A stretch of 64,000 nucleotides of DNA. It comes from Candidatus Babeliales bacterium. Its GTDB lineage: Bacteria; Babelota; Babeliae; Babelales; JANWKD01. The stretch covers positions 64,001-128,000 of the forward strand of contig CAVXJH010000006.1 in assembly GCA_963762115.1 (NCBI GenBank). The letters run 5' to 3'. Position numbers and translations under genes: made by a program. Numbering within the stretch: the first letter of the stretch is position 1; every line of letters begins with the position of its first letter. The notes below the pieces were generated by a model that was not told the DNA's origin, searched no databases, and saw only the letters and a program-made list of their open reading frames with translations. Below, in pieces: positions 35,773 through 47,791 of the stretch.

Positions 35773-38307
35773 ATGATTGCACAAATTTTAGCAAAAATTA
35801 TGGGTACAGCAAATGTACGCCAATTAAAAAAGCTAAGGCCTATAGTCGAAAAAATAAACAATTTAGAAAAAACTATAAGCAGCCTCACCAATGAACAATT
35901 AACAGCCAAAACTAATGAATTTCGAGAAAAATTAAGTCAGGGCAAAACACTTGATGATATTTTGCCAGAAGCATTTGCTGTTGTTCGTGAAACAGCCAAG
36001 CGTGAATTAGGGCAACGCCATTTCGATGTTCAGCTTATTGGCGGCATCGTACTCCATCAAGGTAAAATTGCCGAAATGAAAACAGGTGAAGGCAAAACAT
36101 TAACAGCCACACTACCCCTCTATTTGAACGCATTAACCGGTAAGGGTGCTCATTTAATCACGGTGAATGATTATCTGGCACGCCGAGATGGCACATGGAT
36201 GACTCCTATTTTTAATCGTTTAGGCCTTACGGTTGGCATTTTACAAAATCAAATGAGCGATCAAGAGCGTAAAGCTGTTTATAACGCTGATATTGTCTAC
36301 GCCACCAACAATGAACTTGGCTTCGATTACCTGCGCGATAACATGAAATTCAGATTAGAAGATTATGTACAACGAGAGTTACACTATGGCATTGTCGATG
36401 AAGTTGACTCAATTTTAATCGATGAAGCACGAACACCCCTTATTATTTCAGGTTCATCAGATAAAAGCAGTCAATTATATGCACAAGCAAATTCAGTGAT
36501 ACCACGCCTCAAACAAGGTGAAGATTTTGAAGTTGACGAAAAAGCCCGCTCGGTACAATTAACAGAGTCAGGTGTTGATAAGGTTGAAGCAGCATTTCAT
36601 ATCGATAATCTCTATGCCATTGAACATTTGACGCTTTTACATCATATTAACCAGGCATTACGCGCGCACATACTCTTCAAAAAAGACGTTGACTATGTGG
36701 TAAAAGATGACGAAGTACTTATTGTTGATGAATTCACCGGCCGCATCTTACAGGGACGCCGCTATAGTGACGGTTTACACCAGGCAATTGAAGCAAAAGA
36801 AGGCGTTACCATTGAACGCGAAAGTCAAACATTAGCATCAATAACCCTACAAAACTTTTTCAGACTCTATAGTCGATTAGGTGGTATGACAGGAACTGCT
36901 TTAACAGAGGCCGAAGAATTTCATAAAATCTATAAACTCGATGTTGTTTCAATTCCCACCAATCAACCAATGATTCGTCTTGATAAACCTGATCTCATTT
37001 TTTTAACAAAAGATGCAAAATACAATATTATTGCCCAAGATGTTAAAGAACGTTATGAAAAAGGCCAACCTGTCTTAATTGGTACTATTGCCATTGAAAC
37101 ATCTGAATATTTAAGCAATATTCTTAAAGCTCATGGCATTCCCCATGAAGTTCTTAATGCAAAACAGCATCAAAGAGAAGCTGAAATCATTGCAAATGCC
37201 GGAAAATCTGGTCATGTTACTATTGCAACCAATATGGCTGGACGGGGAACCGATATAAAATTAACCCCTGATTCAATCAATGCTGGCGGATTATATATTT
37301 TAGGCACCGAACGACATGAAAGTCGTCGTATTGACAATCAATTACGCGGTCGCTCTGGACGCCAAGGCGATCCTGGAGAATCACGTTTCTATATTGCTTT
37401 GAACGATGAATTAATCAGAGTTTTTTCTGGCGATCTTATTGAAAAGAATATGCGCCGCGTCGGCATGAAAGAAGATGAAACAATCGAATCACGATTTATT
37501 TCAAAAACAATTGAAAATTCACAAGAAAAGGTTGAAAAACGCAATTTTGATATTCGTAAGCATTTACTTGAATATGATGATGTCTTAAATCAACAGCGCA
37601 TTGTCGTGTATGGGTATCGTCGATCAATTTTAGAAGGCAACCAAGAAATTTATGATCTTGTACGTGACTTAATAAGCCAATCAGTACATGACATGATCAT
37701 TGAATTTTGTTCTGCAAAAAATGTTTCAGTTGAATGCTTCAACAACATGCTTAAACCTTTGAGCGTGATGACAGGATTCTCAATTGAAGATCTACAAAAA
37801 GAAGGCTTTAATACTAAAAATTCAGAAACTCTTGAGACTGATATCACCAATTTCTTACTCATGAAATATGAACTTTACCGCAATCAGCAAAAAGGCGAAA
37901 TGATCCAAGAAGCTGAACGTTGGCTTATGCTTGAAACATTGGATAATGCTTGGAAACAACACATGCTCAATTTAGGCCACCTCAAAGAAGGTATTGAACT
38001 GCGCAGTTGGGGTCAAAAGAATCCTTTAATTGAATATAAGCGCGAAGCATTTGCCATGTTCCAAGAAACAATGCAACAAGTAAGATGGGATATTGTGCAT
38101 CACATTTTCCATTTGAATCTTGAACGCTTTAATCAAACTGAACTCGAAACCAAACGCCGACGTGAACTTGATGAACTTAATTTGATCTCTTCAAATATGG
38201 GTGATAATGAAAGCCCAAAAACGGTGGAACGTAAAGAAGATAAAGTTGGCAGAAATGATCCATGCTCATGTGGGTCTGGTAAAAAGTATAAAAAATGTCA
38301 CGGATAA
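35773..38307 (+). CDS. secA: Preprotein translocase subunit SecA
   Basis: MKTGEGKT, DEVDSILIDEARTPLII, QLRGRSGRQGD and SEC-C motif; GGAG RBS before 35773. Confidence 0.99.
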   Translation: MIAQILAKIMGTANVRQLKKLRPIVEKINNLEKTISSLTNEQLTAKTNEFREKLSQGKTLDDILPEAFAVVRETAKRELGQRHFDVQLIGGIVLHQGKIAEMKTGEGKTLTATLPLYLNALTGKGAHLITVNDYLARRDGTWMTPIFNRLGLTVGILQNQMSDQERKAVYNADIVYATNNELGFDYLRDNMKFRLEDYVQRELHYGIVDEVDSILIDEARTPLIISGSSDKSSQLYAQANSVIPRLKQGEDFEVDEKARSVQLTESGVDKVEAAFHIDNLYAIEHLTLLHHINQALRAHILFKKDVDYVVKDDEVLIVDEFTGRILQGRRYSDGLHQAIEAKEGVTIERESQTLASITLQNFFRLYSRLGGMTGTALTEAEEFHKIYKLDVVSIPTNQPMIRLDKPDLIFLTKDAKYNIIAQDVKERYEKGQPVLIGTIAIETSEYLSNILKAHGIPHEVLNAKQHQREAEIIANAGKSGHVTIATNMAGRGTDIKLTPDSINAGGLYILGTERHESRRIDNQLRGRSGRQGDPGESRFYIALNDELIRVFSGDLIEKNMRRVGMKEDETIESRFISKTIENSQEKVEKRNFDIRKHLLEYDDVLNQQRIVVYGYRRSILEGNQEIYDLVRDLISQSVHDMIIEFCSAKNVSVECFNNMLKPLSVMTGFSIEDLQKEGFNTKNSETLETDITNFLLMKYELYRNQQKGEMIQEAERWLMLETLDNAWKQHMLNLGHLKEGIELRSWGQKNPLIEYKREAFAMFQETMQQVRWDIVHHIFHLNLERFNQTELETKRRRELDELNLISSNMGDNESPKTVERKEDKVGRNDPCSCGSGKKYKKCHG

Positions 38308-38711
38308 AAAATAGTTTTCTTTTTTTACTGTTTTTTTGTTTTTATACATCTTTAGAAAGTATGGAGCGATTTAAAAAGTCGCTCCCTTTGATCTCTAAAA
38401 AAGCCACTTCAAATAATTCAACCAACGATCTTGATCATACTCTAGCTTTAGCGCGCAAAAATCATGATTTCAGCATCATTGCACAATTACCTTGTATCAT
38501 TAAAAACGGTTCACCACAAAAGATAAAAAAAACAAATAAAGCAATTCGACGCCATTTTCTAAAAAGAATCGACAAAGCTACATCACAAGAAAAATTAATG
38601 GCTTTGCATAGAGAAATCTTAGAAAAAATAGATTTTATTGAAAATACCCATGAATATGAATTACTTGGCCAAAGCCTTTATAACAAATGGCATGAGATTT
38701 ATAAAAGATAG
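38295..38711 (+). CDS. Secreted hypothetical protein
   Basis: Signal LES|ME; overlaps the secA stop. Confidence 0.65.
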   Translation: MSRIKNSFLFLLFFCFYTSLESMERFKKSLPLISKKATSNNSTNDLDHTLALARKNHDFSIIAQLPCIIKNGSPQKIKKTNKAIRRHFLKRIDKATSQEKLMALHREILEKIDFIENTHEYELLGQSLYNKWHEIYKR

Positions 38712-38829
38712 TTATCATTTATTTTTTTATAAATCTCATAAAATGAAGTATCAGATTTACATAGCGCTTAGTAGTTGATTTACATAAAAAACAGATAAAA
38801 ATCCTGAAAAAATGAAGGGATAATCTTAA

Positions 38830-39360
38830 CTAAACTTTAATGCATTGTTCATCAATAGCTATTTTATAACTAGCGAGCCATAGTTGTTTACAAGTATCAA
38901 TTTTATCCAACTGACTTATCAGTTTTTCATAAAAAACAAAATCTTCATTATTCGTTGTTCTATTGAGAACCTGATTATAACATTGAACATAGTTGCGCAA
39001 TTGCCATTCAAATTCATCTAATAATTGAATATCACGAACAAGTGTTTGATCTTCTAGGGCACAATTCAACTCACCGTCATATTGCGCAAAATAATGTTGT
39101 ACAAAATTATGAATACGCCGTTTCTTTTCTGACAACGGTTCCATTTCTGACAACAATACCGGCGTTTCAGAACAATACCTTTGTTGTATATTTTTCATAA
39201 AATTGTCACTTTGTTCAATACTGTTTTCAGCTTCTTTTCGCCATCCTTCTGCTGTTTTCATTCTGCATTCATCATTATTGTAATAATTTGCCGTCTCGGT
39301 AATCTGAAAAACTAAACATAACACCAGGCAAAGTGTTGTTTTAATATTATTTTCTGTCAT
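38830..39360 (-). CDS. Secreted hypothetical protein
   Basis: 176-aa ORF with signal-like N-terminus. Confidence 0.65.
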   Translation of the reverse strand: MTENNIKTTLCLVLCLVFQITETANYYNNDECRMKTAEGWRKEAENSIEQSDNFMKNIQQRYCSETPVLLSEMEPLSEKKRRIHNFVQHYFAQYDGELNCALEDQTLVRDIQLLDEFEWQLRNYVQCYNQVLNRTTNNEDFVFYEKLISQLDKIDTCKQLWLASYKIAIDEQCIKV

Positions 39361-39449
39361 TTTTATTTACTTTCAATAATTTGATAATAAAAATATATAT
39401 CATATTTTACATAAAAAAATAAAATTTATATATAAAAATTATGCTATAA

Positions 39450-39734
39450 TTATTGTTTTAAAGGCTTTATTAAAGAAGGGTTATTATAATTAATTTTGTT
39501 TCTAAGCCACATTTGATTATTTTTTGCTTTTTCAGAAGCTCTTTGATCTTCACTTTTTAACTTCTTTGAAAGATTTTTATTTTGATGATGTTTAGCTTTT
39601 TCCAAAACACGTAACAAAATAGTATTTTCTGCACTATTTTTACTTCTAATATATTCTAAATCTTTAGATTGTTGCATACAAAAACTTGAAACAACAAATA
39701 ATCCTGCAAAAAAACTTAGTGCCGTCTTTTTCAT
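39450..39734 (-). CDS. Small basic secreted protein
   Basis: Signal SFC|MQ. Confidence 0.6.
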   Translation of the reverse strand: MKKTALSFFAGLFVVSSFCMQQSKDLEYIRSKNSAENTILLRVLEKAKHHQNKNLSKKLKSEDQRASEKAKNNQMWLRNKINYNNPSLIKPLKQ

Positions 39735-39823
39735 AAATTTCTCATATAATTTTTGTGATTGTTTAACTAAACAATGAAATGATATATTTTTTTAAAAATC
39801 TTGTAAAACATAAAGAAGGAGAA

Positions 39824-40276
39824 TTATAAAGATTTTTGATAGGTTTCTAGCGCTAATTTTTGTATGTCACGCACGTGTATTGATGGCCTTTTTAAGGCAA
39901 TAAATTCTAAGGCTTCCTCTATCGATTTTCCTTGTTTGATAAAATATGCTGCAACAAGTGTTGGCGCCCGACTATGACCATTTTGACAATGTACATAAAT
40001 TTTTTTCTTCATTTTTACAAATTTTTCAAGAGAATAAACCCCAAAATTCAACTGTTCTTGGGTAGGCGCTAAATCATTTTTTACAGGAAGCCAAACATAA
40101 AAATTAACACCAAAGGGTTCATCTACGCTCTCACCTTCGACGGATATATCAACTTCGATATTTTGAGATAGTAACAATGCAGCAAAATGTTCTTTGCAAC
40201 ATTTATTTGTACCAATATATATTCCATCAGAGATGTAATTATATTCTAATATTTTAATTGGGCTATGTTGATCCAT
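39824..40276 (-). CDS. Dual-specificity protein phosphatase
   Basis: [12 protein letters not shown] (CX5R) motif. Confidence 0.9.
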   Translation of the reverse strand: MDQHSPIKILEYNYISDGIYIGTNKCCKEHFAALLLSQNIEVDISVEGESVDEPFGVNFYVWLPVKNDLAPTQEQLNFGVYSLEKFVKMKKKIYVHCQNGHSRAPTLVAAYFIKQGKSIEEALEFIALKRPSIHVRDIQKLALETYQKSL

Positions 40277-41237
40277 ATTTAATTCCTTTATCTGCAGGCA
40301 TTACTTCATAATTTTTTATTGTTGTATACCATTCTAAAGTTCTTCGTATGCCATCTTGCAAAGAAATTTTTGCTTGCCAACCTAAAGCATGAAGTTTATC
40401 AACATTAAGTAATTTTTGTGGTGTTCCATCAGGTTTTGTTGTATCAAAAACAAGCTTTCCCTTAAAACCAACAATTTCTTTAATCAGATAAGCAAGATCA
40501 GCGATTGAAATATCTTGACCAACACCAATATTAATTGGTTCAGAGGATGAATACTGTTGCATAAGAAATACAGCAGCGTCAGCCAAATCATCAACAAACA
40601 GAAATTCACGTAATGCTTTGCCCGTTCCCCAAATAGTTACTTGCTCGGCATCCGTACTCCATGCATGATGCATTTTTGCCAGTAAAGCAGGAAGAACGTG
40701 TGAAGTTTCCAAATCAAAATTATCACCAGGTCCATATAAATTTGTTGGCATGCAAGAAATAAAATCGGTGCCATATTGCTTGTTATATGACTGACATAAA
40801 TTAATACCGGCAATCTTTGCAATTGCATAGGGTTCATTTGTTTTTTCCAAAGAACCGGTTAATAAATACTCTTCACAAATCGGTTGTAAACAATTACGAG
40901 GGTAAATGCACGAAGAACCTAAAAAAAGTAATTTTTTTACACCAAAACGATAAGCCGCGTGAATGATATTAGCGCTAATCATAAGATTTTCATAAATAAA
41001 TTGTGCAGGAAAATCACTATTTGCTTTTATACCACCAACTTTTGCCGCTGCCAAAAAAACATATTCAGGACGATGCTCAGAAAAAAAAGTTTGTACTGCA
41101 TTTTGATCGCACAAATTAAGTTCATCAACAGTTTTATAGAGTAAATTATGATACCCATCTGTTTGCAACTTTCTCATTAATGCTGAACCAACAAGCCCAG
41201 TATGCCCAGCGATATATATTCTCGCATTTTTATTCAT
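40263..41237 (-). CDS. fcl: GDP-L-fucose synthase
   Basis: [26 protein letters not shown] and YAIAK motifs. Confidence 0.97.
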   Translation of the reverse strand: MNKNARIYIAGHTGLVGSALMRKLQTDGYHNLLYKTVDELNLCDQNAVQTFFSEHRPEYVFLAAAKVGGIKANSDFPAQFIYENLMISANIIHAAYRFGVKKLLFLGSSCIYPRNCLQPICEEYLLTGSLEKTNEPYAIAKIAGINLCQSYNKQYGTDFISCMPTNLYGPGDNFDLETSHVLPALLAKMHHAWSTDAEQVTIWGTGKALREFLFVDDLADAAVFLMQQYSSSEPINIGVGQDISIADLAYLIKEIVGFKGKLVFDTTKPDGTPQKLLNVDKLHALGWQAKISLQDGIRRTLEWYTTIKNYEVMPADKGIKYGST

Positions 41238-42346
41238 AAATATTCCCATTGATATTGGTGAGATTGATGTAAAGGTGCATTTGATACTTTTCCCGATGCT
41301 CGTAATTCTGCTGCAACAAGCTCACAATCATGATCAACCATTAAAGCAACCAATCCATCAAAATCCATTTTAGGTTGCCAACCTAATTGTTGAAAAGCTT
41401 TGCTTGCATCACCAATTAAAAGATCAACTTCTGTCGGTCTAAAATAATGTTCATCAATCACCACAATTTCTTTTTTTGTTGCACTATCAATGCCACGTTC
41501 ATGAACACCGGTACCTTGCCAGATCACCTTAATACCAACACGCGCAAAAGCTTTTTGAACAAACTCTCGAACCGTATACGTTTTACCCGTTGCAATAACA
41601 AAATCTTCCGCCTTATCTTGTTGCAACATCAGCCACATCGCTTCAACATAATCTTTTGCATAACCCCAATCACGTTTTGCATCTAAATTACCCAAATATA
41701 CAGTATCTTGAATCCCATATTTTATACGAGCAACAGCACGAGTAACTTTTCTGGTGACAAATGTTTCACCGCGCATTGGTGATTCATGATTAAAAAGAAT
41801 CCCATTGCAAGCATACATATCATATGCTTCACGATAATTTACGGTGATCCAATAGGCATATAATTTTGCAACGCCGTAGGGCGAACGAGGATAAAAGGGG
41901 GTTTTTTCAGTTTGAGGAATTTCATTACTATTGCCATAAAGTTCACTCGTGGAAGCTTGATAGAATCGTGTTTTTACCGTTAATCCGAGTAATCGAATTG
42001 CTTCTAAAATACGCAAAGTTCCTAAAGCATCAGCATTTGCTGTGTATTCTGGCGTTTCAAATGAAACACGAACATGACTTTGTGCCGCTAGATTATAAAT
42101 TTCATCAGGTTGAATTTCTTGAATGATTCTGATCAAGTTGGTTGAATCGGTTACATCACCATAATGTAAAATAAAATTATGATTATCATACTCATGTGAA
42201 TCTTGGTAAATATGATCAATACGTGAAGTATTAAACGAAGAAGATCGTCGCTTTAAACCATGAACTTGATAACCCTTATGCAATAAAAATTCAGATAAAT
42301 AAGCGCCATCTTGACCGGTAACACCGGTTATTAATGCTTTCTTCAT
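41234..42346 (-). CDS. gmd: GDP-mannose 4,6-dehydratase
   Basis: [20 protein letters not shown] and PRSPYGVAK motifs. Confidence 0.98.
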   Translation of the reverse strand: MKKALITGVTGQDGAYLSEFLLHKGYQVHGLKRRSSSFNTSRIDHIYQDSHEYDNHNFILHYGDVTDSTNLIRIIQEIQPDEIYNLAAQSHVRVSFETPEYTANADALGTLRILEAIRLLGLTVKTRFYQASTSELYGNSNEIPQTEKTPFYPRSPYGVAKLYAYWITVNYREAYDMYACNGILFNHESPMRGETFVTRKVTRAVARIKYGIQDTVYLGNLDAKRDWGYAKDYVEAMWLMLQQDKAEDFVIATGKTYTVREFVQKAFARVGIKVIWQGTGVHERGIDSATKKEIVVIDEHYFRPTEVDLLIGDASKAFQQLGWQPKMDFDGLVALMVDHDCELVAAELRASGKVSNAPLHQSHQYQWEYL

Positions 42347-42363
42347 AACTCTCTTTCCAATTT

Positions 42364-43401
42364 TTAAAGATACTGATCAAGATTTTTTTTCTTTAGCTCT
42401 TGTACTATTAATTTAACTTTTTCTGCTTCAGATCGTTTCACAATTAAGAGTGCATCAGGTGTTTCAACAACACATACATCATCAACACCAAGTAATGCAA
42501 CCATTTTTCCCGATGAAGATGAAATCAAATTGTTGTGTGCATCAATCTCAATAACATTTCCCCGTGCATTTTTTGATTGTGCTTCTTGTTGTAATGCCAA
42601 AAATATTTCTAAATTACCAACGTCAGACCATTCAAAATCAACAGGAACAACATAAATTTTATCGCTTTTTTCCATAAGAGCATGATCAATCGAAATTGAT
42701 GGCAATGACAGGTAATCATTTTTATCGCCCGAAAGAATATAGTTTTGCATGCCGGCATAAAGCTCTGGTGCATATTTTTGGTACTCACGCAAAAAAACAG
42801 AAACACGGCCACAAAAAATGCCGATATTCCAAAGCATTGATTGCATCGAACAATAGATTTGTGCAACTTCAAGAGATGGTTTTTCATGAAATTTTAAAAC
42901 TGCTCCAACATGAGCATCTTGAATATCTTTTTTATATTCAATATAACCATAACCTGTTGCAGGATAACGCGGCTTAACGCCCAATAACGTAATTACATCA
43001 TGCTTTGCGTTATATTCTAATGCAGCTGAAATACCTGCAACAAATTTTTTTGTTTCAGGTATATAAGGATCGGCAGGAAGAAATACAACAACAGCATTGG
43101 GGTTTTTTTGTGCAAGCAACAGGCAACTCAAAAGAATTGCCGGTGCTGTGTTGCGAGAAGCAGGCTCAATAAATAAAGAATGTATATGATTGCCAACAAG
43201 AGCTATAATTGCTTTCTCTTGCTGCTTGTTAGTAACTATAAAACGATTATGCCGCTCAATCAAACCATCAAGACGATCAAGCGAATTTTCCAACAAAGAA
43301 CGATTATTCACAAAAGGTAACAATTGCTTTGGTTTGCTTTCGCGACTCAGCGGCCAAAGACGTTCACCCTTACCTCCTGCCAAAATAACTGCATAGGTCA
43401 T
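42364..43401 (-). CDS. manC: Mannose-1-phosphate guanylyltransferase
   Basis: [24 protein letters not shown] and WSDVG motifs. Confidence 0.95.
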   Translation of the reverse strand: MTYAVILAGGKGERLWPLSRESKPKQLLPFVNNRSLLENSLDRLDGLIERHNRFIVTNKQQEKAIIALVGNHIHSLFIEPASRNTAPAILLSCLLLAQKNPNAVVVFLPADPYIPETKKFVAGISAALEYNAKHDVITLLGVKPRYPATGYGYIEYKKDIQDAHVGAVLKFHEKPSLEVAQIYCSMQSMLWNIGIFCGRVSVFLREYQKYAPELYAGMQNYILSGDKNDYLSLPSISIDHALMEKSDKIYVVPVDFEWSDVGNLEIFLALQQEAQSKNARGNVIEIDAHNNLISSSSGKMVALLGVDDVCVVETPDALLIVKRSEAEKVKLIVQELKKKNLDQYL

Positions 43402-44132
43402 GATTTTTTTAACTTTTTATTTTGTTCGCAAAATAAACGATCATACAATAAAATAAAATACATTTTTGCTGTTTCACGCATTATTTTTGTCGATAATTTT
43501 GATTCACCTCTATCACGATTACGCGCTTCAATGGGTACTTCGTATACTGTTGCACCACGTTGTAAAAAACGATACAAAGATTCTAAATTAAAACAAAAAC
43601 CTTGTGACTTGAGATTTTTTATAGATGATTCACTAAGAATGGCAACATTATAAAGCCGGAAAGCACCCATACAATCGTAAGGCATACCAAGGCCATTTTT
43701 AATCATATTATGCCAAAAATTAGTAAAAAATAATCTAAATTTTCCCCAACCATGCATAACACCTTTTCCTGCCCAGCGCGAACCGATAATGATGTCATAT
43801 TTATCCTTCTTTTCAAGCATTAAAGGTATATATTTCGGATCATGCGTGCCATCAGCATCCATGGTTATAAGATAATTATAATGATTTTTATGCGCATATT
43901 TAAATGCTTCTAAGTGGGCAGTACCCAACCCAAGTTTGCCAGGACGATGCATAACCTTGACTGTTTGATCATGACGAGCTAATTCATCAAGAATTTTCCC
44001 GGTATCATCGGGTGAATTATCATCACAAAACAATATATCAAACGGAATCCCAAGGTTTTTCAGTTGAATATACAAACGATCTACATTTGCACGTTCATTA
44101 TAGGTTGGAACAAAAACTAAAATCTTATTCAT
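43398..44132 (-). CDS. GT2 polyprenol-phosphate mannose synthase-like glycosyltransferase
   Basis: PTYNE, DDNSPD, MDADGTH and GESKL motifs. Confidence 0.9.
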   Translation of the reverse strand: MNKILVFVPTYNERANVDRLYIQLKNLGIPFDILFCDDNSPDDTGKILDELARHDQTVKVMHRPGKLGLGTAHLEAFKYAHKNHYNYLITMDADGTHDPKYIPLMLEKKDKYDIIIGSRWAGKGVMHGWGKFRLFFTNFWHNMIKNGLGMPYDCMGAFRLYNVAILSESSIKNLKSQGFCFNLESLYRFLQRGATVYEVPIEARNRDRGESKLSTKIMRETAKMYFILLYDRLFCEQNKKLKKS

Positions 44133-44232
44133 AGTACATTTCTTTCAGCTTAATGCATTATTGAATCTACGGTGATTTGTACAATAAAATAGACTAACAG
44201 TTCTTGCTTTTTTTCCTAGCCCATCATGAATA

Positions 44233-46407
44233 TTAAAGTTCCTGAACGCCACCACCTTTGCATGCTAACTGATCAATGATTAACGTTAGTTCAGCAACTG
44301 TTGCTAATCGTTCTCTTGTTATTGGCATTAACATTGAAGAATCTTTTAAGGAGCCAAAAAATTGATTCAATAAATATTCATGACCTTTATCAGCCGTTGT
44401 TACTTTTTCATTAAATGATGCTGGTAATCCATGCCCTTGCAACGTCAAATAATCATCCATCACAATTGCTTTGCTATCAAAATAAAGTTCCATTCGCTCT
44501 TTACCAAGACCGGCATGACCAAGCGATGTATATAATAACGTACACACAGAACCATCTGAGAAACTAATTTGAGCACTTATATTATCACTTGAAAGTATAT
44601 TTTCACTGTTTGGATTTAATGATTCAACAGAAACTGAAACCGGTGTTGCATCAGTTAAAAAACAAAACAGATCAAAAATATGGCATGCTTCACCAATAAT
44701 TCGGCCTGCACCAACATCAGTTTGAACCCAATGTTCTTTTGAAATATAACCAGCATTCATGCGATAATGCACCATCAAAGGAGAATTCCTTGGGATAATT
44801 GCGTCTTTTATTTTTCGCATAAATGGTGCAAATGAACGGTTGTAATCAACGCATAAAGGCATTGATGGATTTAAAGTTAAAAAATTATTCAATTTTTCCA
44901 ATTGCGCAAAATCAGTAACCATCGGCTTTTCAACAAAAACAGCTTTGCCATGAGTAAGAGCGGTTAAAATCTGATCACAATGATATTTATGCGGTGAAGC
45001 AATCACCACAACATCCACAAGATCCTTATCAAATAATTCAGTGTCATTCACTAATGATGTTGCACAACCATATAATCGTGAAACATTAATTGAATTTGAA
45101 ACATCTGAATCAACGATTGCATGAATTTTAGCGTTTTTTATTTTTGCAACGATAGGCATTAATTTTACTTTTGCAAAACCACCCGCACCAACAAAACCAA
45201 CGCGCAATTGAGCTGCTGTTGCTGGTTTAAAAGCAAGATTCTTTTGTTCTGATTTTTTTTGCGCATCTTCTTGTGCTGCCACAACGACCAGATCATCTTT
45301 TGGCACATATGCCAAAATAATTCCCAATCCTTGTCTATTTTTGAGTTGCTCATAAGCATCTGCTGCTTGTTCAACAGGAAGAGCTTGTGAAACAAGTGAA
45401 TTAATATCAATTTGATTTTTTTCAATCAACTCAAGAAATGCTTGCATATTTCTATTTTCTGTCCAACGCACATACGCAAATGGATAATCATGACCTTGTT
45501 GCTCATAAGAGCTATCATAACGACCAGGACCATATGAACATGAAATCAGAAAATCAATTTCTTTTTGATAAAAAGGGGCACGTTCAAGACCTAATCCAAC
45601 ATCACCGACAAGGACAACTTTACCTTTTTTACGCGTGATTTCCATAGCTTGTTGCACGAGTGAATCACTCTTTGATGCAGCAGTAATAAGCGTGCAATCA
45701 ACGCCATAATGCTTGGTAAAAAAGGCACAATCTTTTATAAGAGTTGGTGATGTTGCATTGAATACAGCATCAGCACCTAATTTTTGTGCTTGTGCAAGAC
45801 GCTCATCAACAACATCAATACCAATAACTTTGCAACCTGCTCGTTTTGCTAATTGCACGGTAATTTGTCCAAGCAATCCCAGACCCTGAACGCAAACTGT
45901 TTCACCAAGTTGCAGTTGTGCACGGCGTATTCCTTGCAAGGCAATTGCACCAATGGTGGTGATACTTGCCTGTTTTAAGTAGGCTGCATCTGAAACTTTC
46001 ACTATTAAATTTTCTGGCACGCACACATAATCAGCATGGCTTGCATAACCTGCGCCAGCACAGGCAACAAAATCTCCCGCTCGAAAATTTTTCACCTTTT
46101 TACCAACGGCAATAACTTGCCCGGAACAAGAATAACCCAGCGCTTGCACAGTACCACTCAAGCGACCTTTTATCAGTGCTTTGGTTCCTTCAATGCCATT
46201 CATAGCAATTGATTCTAAAACTTTTGTTATTTTTTGAGGAATATTGGTCAAAAAAACATTTTTTGATGCATTTGATAACGTTGCAGATTCTGTACCAGAA
46301 CTTATAAAAGAATAATGTACAGAAACTAATACTAAATCATCATCCAAAAGAGGTTCACAAACATCTTTAATTGCAACGGTATTTTTTTCTAAAAAAAGTT
46401 GACGCAT
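44233..46407 (-). CDS. Bi-domain oxidoreductase (Zn-ADH-like plus Gfo/Idh/MocA)
   Basis: ISSGTE, SCSYGPGRYD, VRWTENRNM, GAGGFA, EKP and GEACH motifs. Confidence 0.9.
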   Translation of the reverse strand: MRQLFLEKNTVAIKDVCEPLLDDDLVLVSVHYSFISSGTESATLSNASKNVFLTNIPQKITKVLESIAMNGIEGTKALIKGRLSGTVQALGYSCSGQVIAVGKKVKNFRAGDFVACAGAGYASHADYVCVPENLIVKVSDAAYLKQASITTIGAIALQGIRRAQLQLGETVCVQGLGLLGQITVQLAKRAGCKVIGIDVVDERLAQAQKLGADAVFNATSPTLIKDCAFFTKHYGVDCTLITAASKSDSLVQQAMEITRKKGKVVLVGDVGLGLERAPFYQKEIDFLISCSYGPGRYDSSYEQQGHDYPFAYVRWTENRNMQAFLELIEKNQIDINSLVSQALPVEQAADAYEQLKNRQGLGIILAYVPKDDLVVVAAQEDAQKKSEQKNLAFKPATAAQLRVGFVGAGGFAKVKLMPIVAKIKNAKIHAIVDSDVSNSINVSRLYGCATSLVNDTELFDKDLVDVVVIASPHKYHCDQILTALTHGKAVFVEKPMVTDFAQLEKLNNFLTLNPSMPLCVDYNRSFAPFMRKIKDAIIPRNSPLMVHYRMNAGYISKEHWVQTDVGAGRIIGEACHIFDLFCFLTDATPVSVSVESLNPNSENILSSDNISAQISFSDGSVCTLLYTSLGHAGLGKERMELYFDSKAIVMDDYLTLQGHGLPASFNEKVTTADKGHEYLLNQFFGSLKDSSMLMPITRERLATVAELTLIIDQLACKGGGVQEL

Positions 46408-47762
46408 TAAAAGAACTCCTTATCAAAAATTGTTTTATGAACTGATCCTGCTTTATATGGCTCAAATGGTGTCATACTTTGCAAACTATTTGCAGGCCAG
46501 AATAATGCTTCTTGTTCAGTTGTTTCTGCATGTGGTTTATACGTCAATCCACAAAAATCAAGAATTTTTTTGCTTCGTGTTGCACTATGATCAATATCTT
46601 TAAATTGCTTATGGGGAACAAGACAAATAATAATATCAGCACAATCAATTCCCTCTTGCAAAGAAACTACCGCATCATTAAATAACGATTCAAGCGTTGT
46701 TTGTGCAACATTCGGTTCAGTCACCAACAAATTAATATCAGAATATTTTTGTAATTTTTGTGCAATCGCTAAAGCAGGTGATTCGCGCATATCATCAACA
46801 TCAGCCTTGTAGGTTAACCCTAACACTAACACGGTAGGAATACCTTCATTACGCTCTTGCCACTCATGAATCCATGAACGAGTCAACGAAACAACTTGTA
46901 ATGGCTTGGCATCGTTTACCGCACGTGCTGTTTGTAATAATGATGATTGCTCAGGAAATGTTTCAACAAGGAACCAAGGGTCAACGGCAATACAATGACC
47001 ACCAACACCGCATGAGGGATTGAGAATATTCACACGAGGATGTTTATTTGCTAATGCAATCACTTCAAATGGATCTAAGCGAGTCGCATATGCCATTGCA
47101 GCAACTTGATTTGCAAAAGCAATAGCAACATCTCGTGAACTATTTTCGACAAGTTTAACCATTTCAGCAGTAGTTGCATTGGTTAAATACAATTGTCCTT
47201 TTACGAATTGCTTATAAAATAACTTTGCACGGCTTACCGATTCAGGATTTATGCCACCAATAATGCGCGGATTATGCACCAATTCGTAGAAAATTTTTCC
47301 TGGCAAAACACGCTCTGGACAATGGGCAACAAAAAAATCTTCTCCAGCTTTCAAGCCCGTTCTTGCCTCAAGAATTACTGCACACTCATTGGTTAACCCA
47401 ACAGGAACGGTAGATTCAACAATTACGACATCATCTTTTTTTAATACGTGCGCAATCGCCTCTGTTGCTGCCATCACATAAGAAATATCTGCTTTTTTTT
47501 CTTCTTTAAACGGTGTTGGAACCGCAATCAAAAAACAATCTGCTTGCTCAAGAAGCGTTGTTGCACGAAAAGCACCTGAAGCAATTAATGGTTGAAGGCG
47601 TTCAATACTTTCAGGCTCCTGAATCACCGGATCATAATTATTAATACGTTCAACACGTTGTGTATCAATATCATAACCAACAACCTCAAATCCATTTTCA
47701 GCAGCTACAATTGCCGTTGGAAGACCTATATAGCCAAGTCCCATTATGCATATTTTTTGCAT
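46407..47762 (-). CDS. wecC: UDP-N-acetyl-D-mannosamine dehydrogenase
   Basis: GLGYIGLPTA, HCPERVLPG and GVGGHCIAVDP motifs. Confidence 0.93.
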   Translation of the reverse strand: MQKICIMGLGYIGLPTAIVAAENGFEVVGYDIDTQRVERINNYDPVIQEPESIERLQPLIASGAFRATTLLEQADCFLIAVPTPFKEEKKADISYVMAATEAIAHVLKKDDVVIVESTVPVGLTNECAVILEARTGLKAGEDFFVAHCPERVLPGKIFYELVHNPRIIGGINPESVSRAKLFYKQFVKGQLYLTNATTAEMVKLVENSSRDVAIAFANQVAAMAYATRLDPFEVIALANKHPRVNILNPSCGVGGHCIAVDPWFLVETFPEQSSLLQTARAVNDAKPLQVVSLTRSWIHEWQERNEGIPTVLVLGLTYKADVDDMRESPALAIAQKLQKYSDINLLVTEPNVAQTTLESLFNDAVVSLQEGIDCADIIICLVPHKQFKDIDHSATRSKKILDFCGLTYKPHAETTEQEALFWPANSLQSMTPFEPYKAGSVHKTIFDKEFF

Positions 47763-47791
47763 CGTACATTTCCTTTTTTAAAAAAATAAGC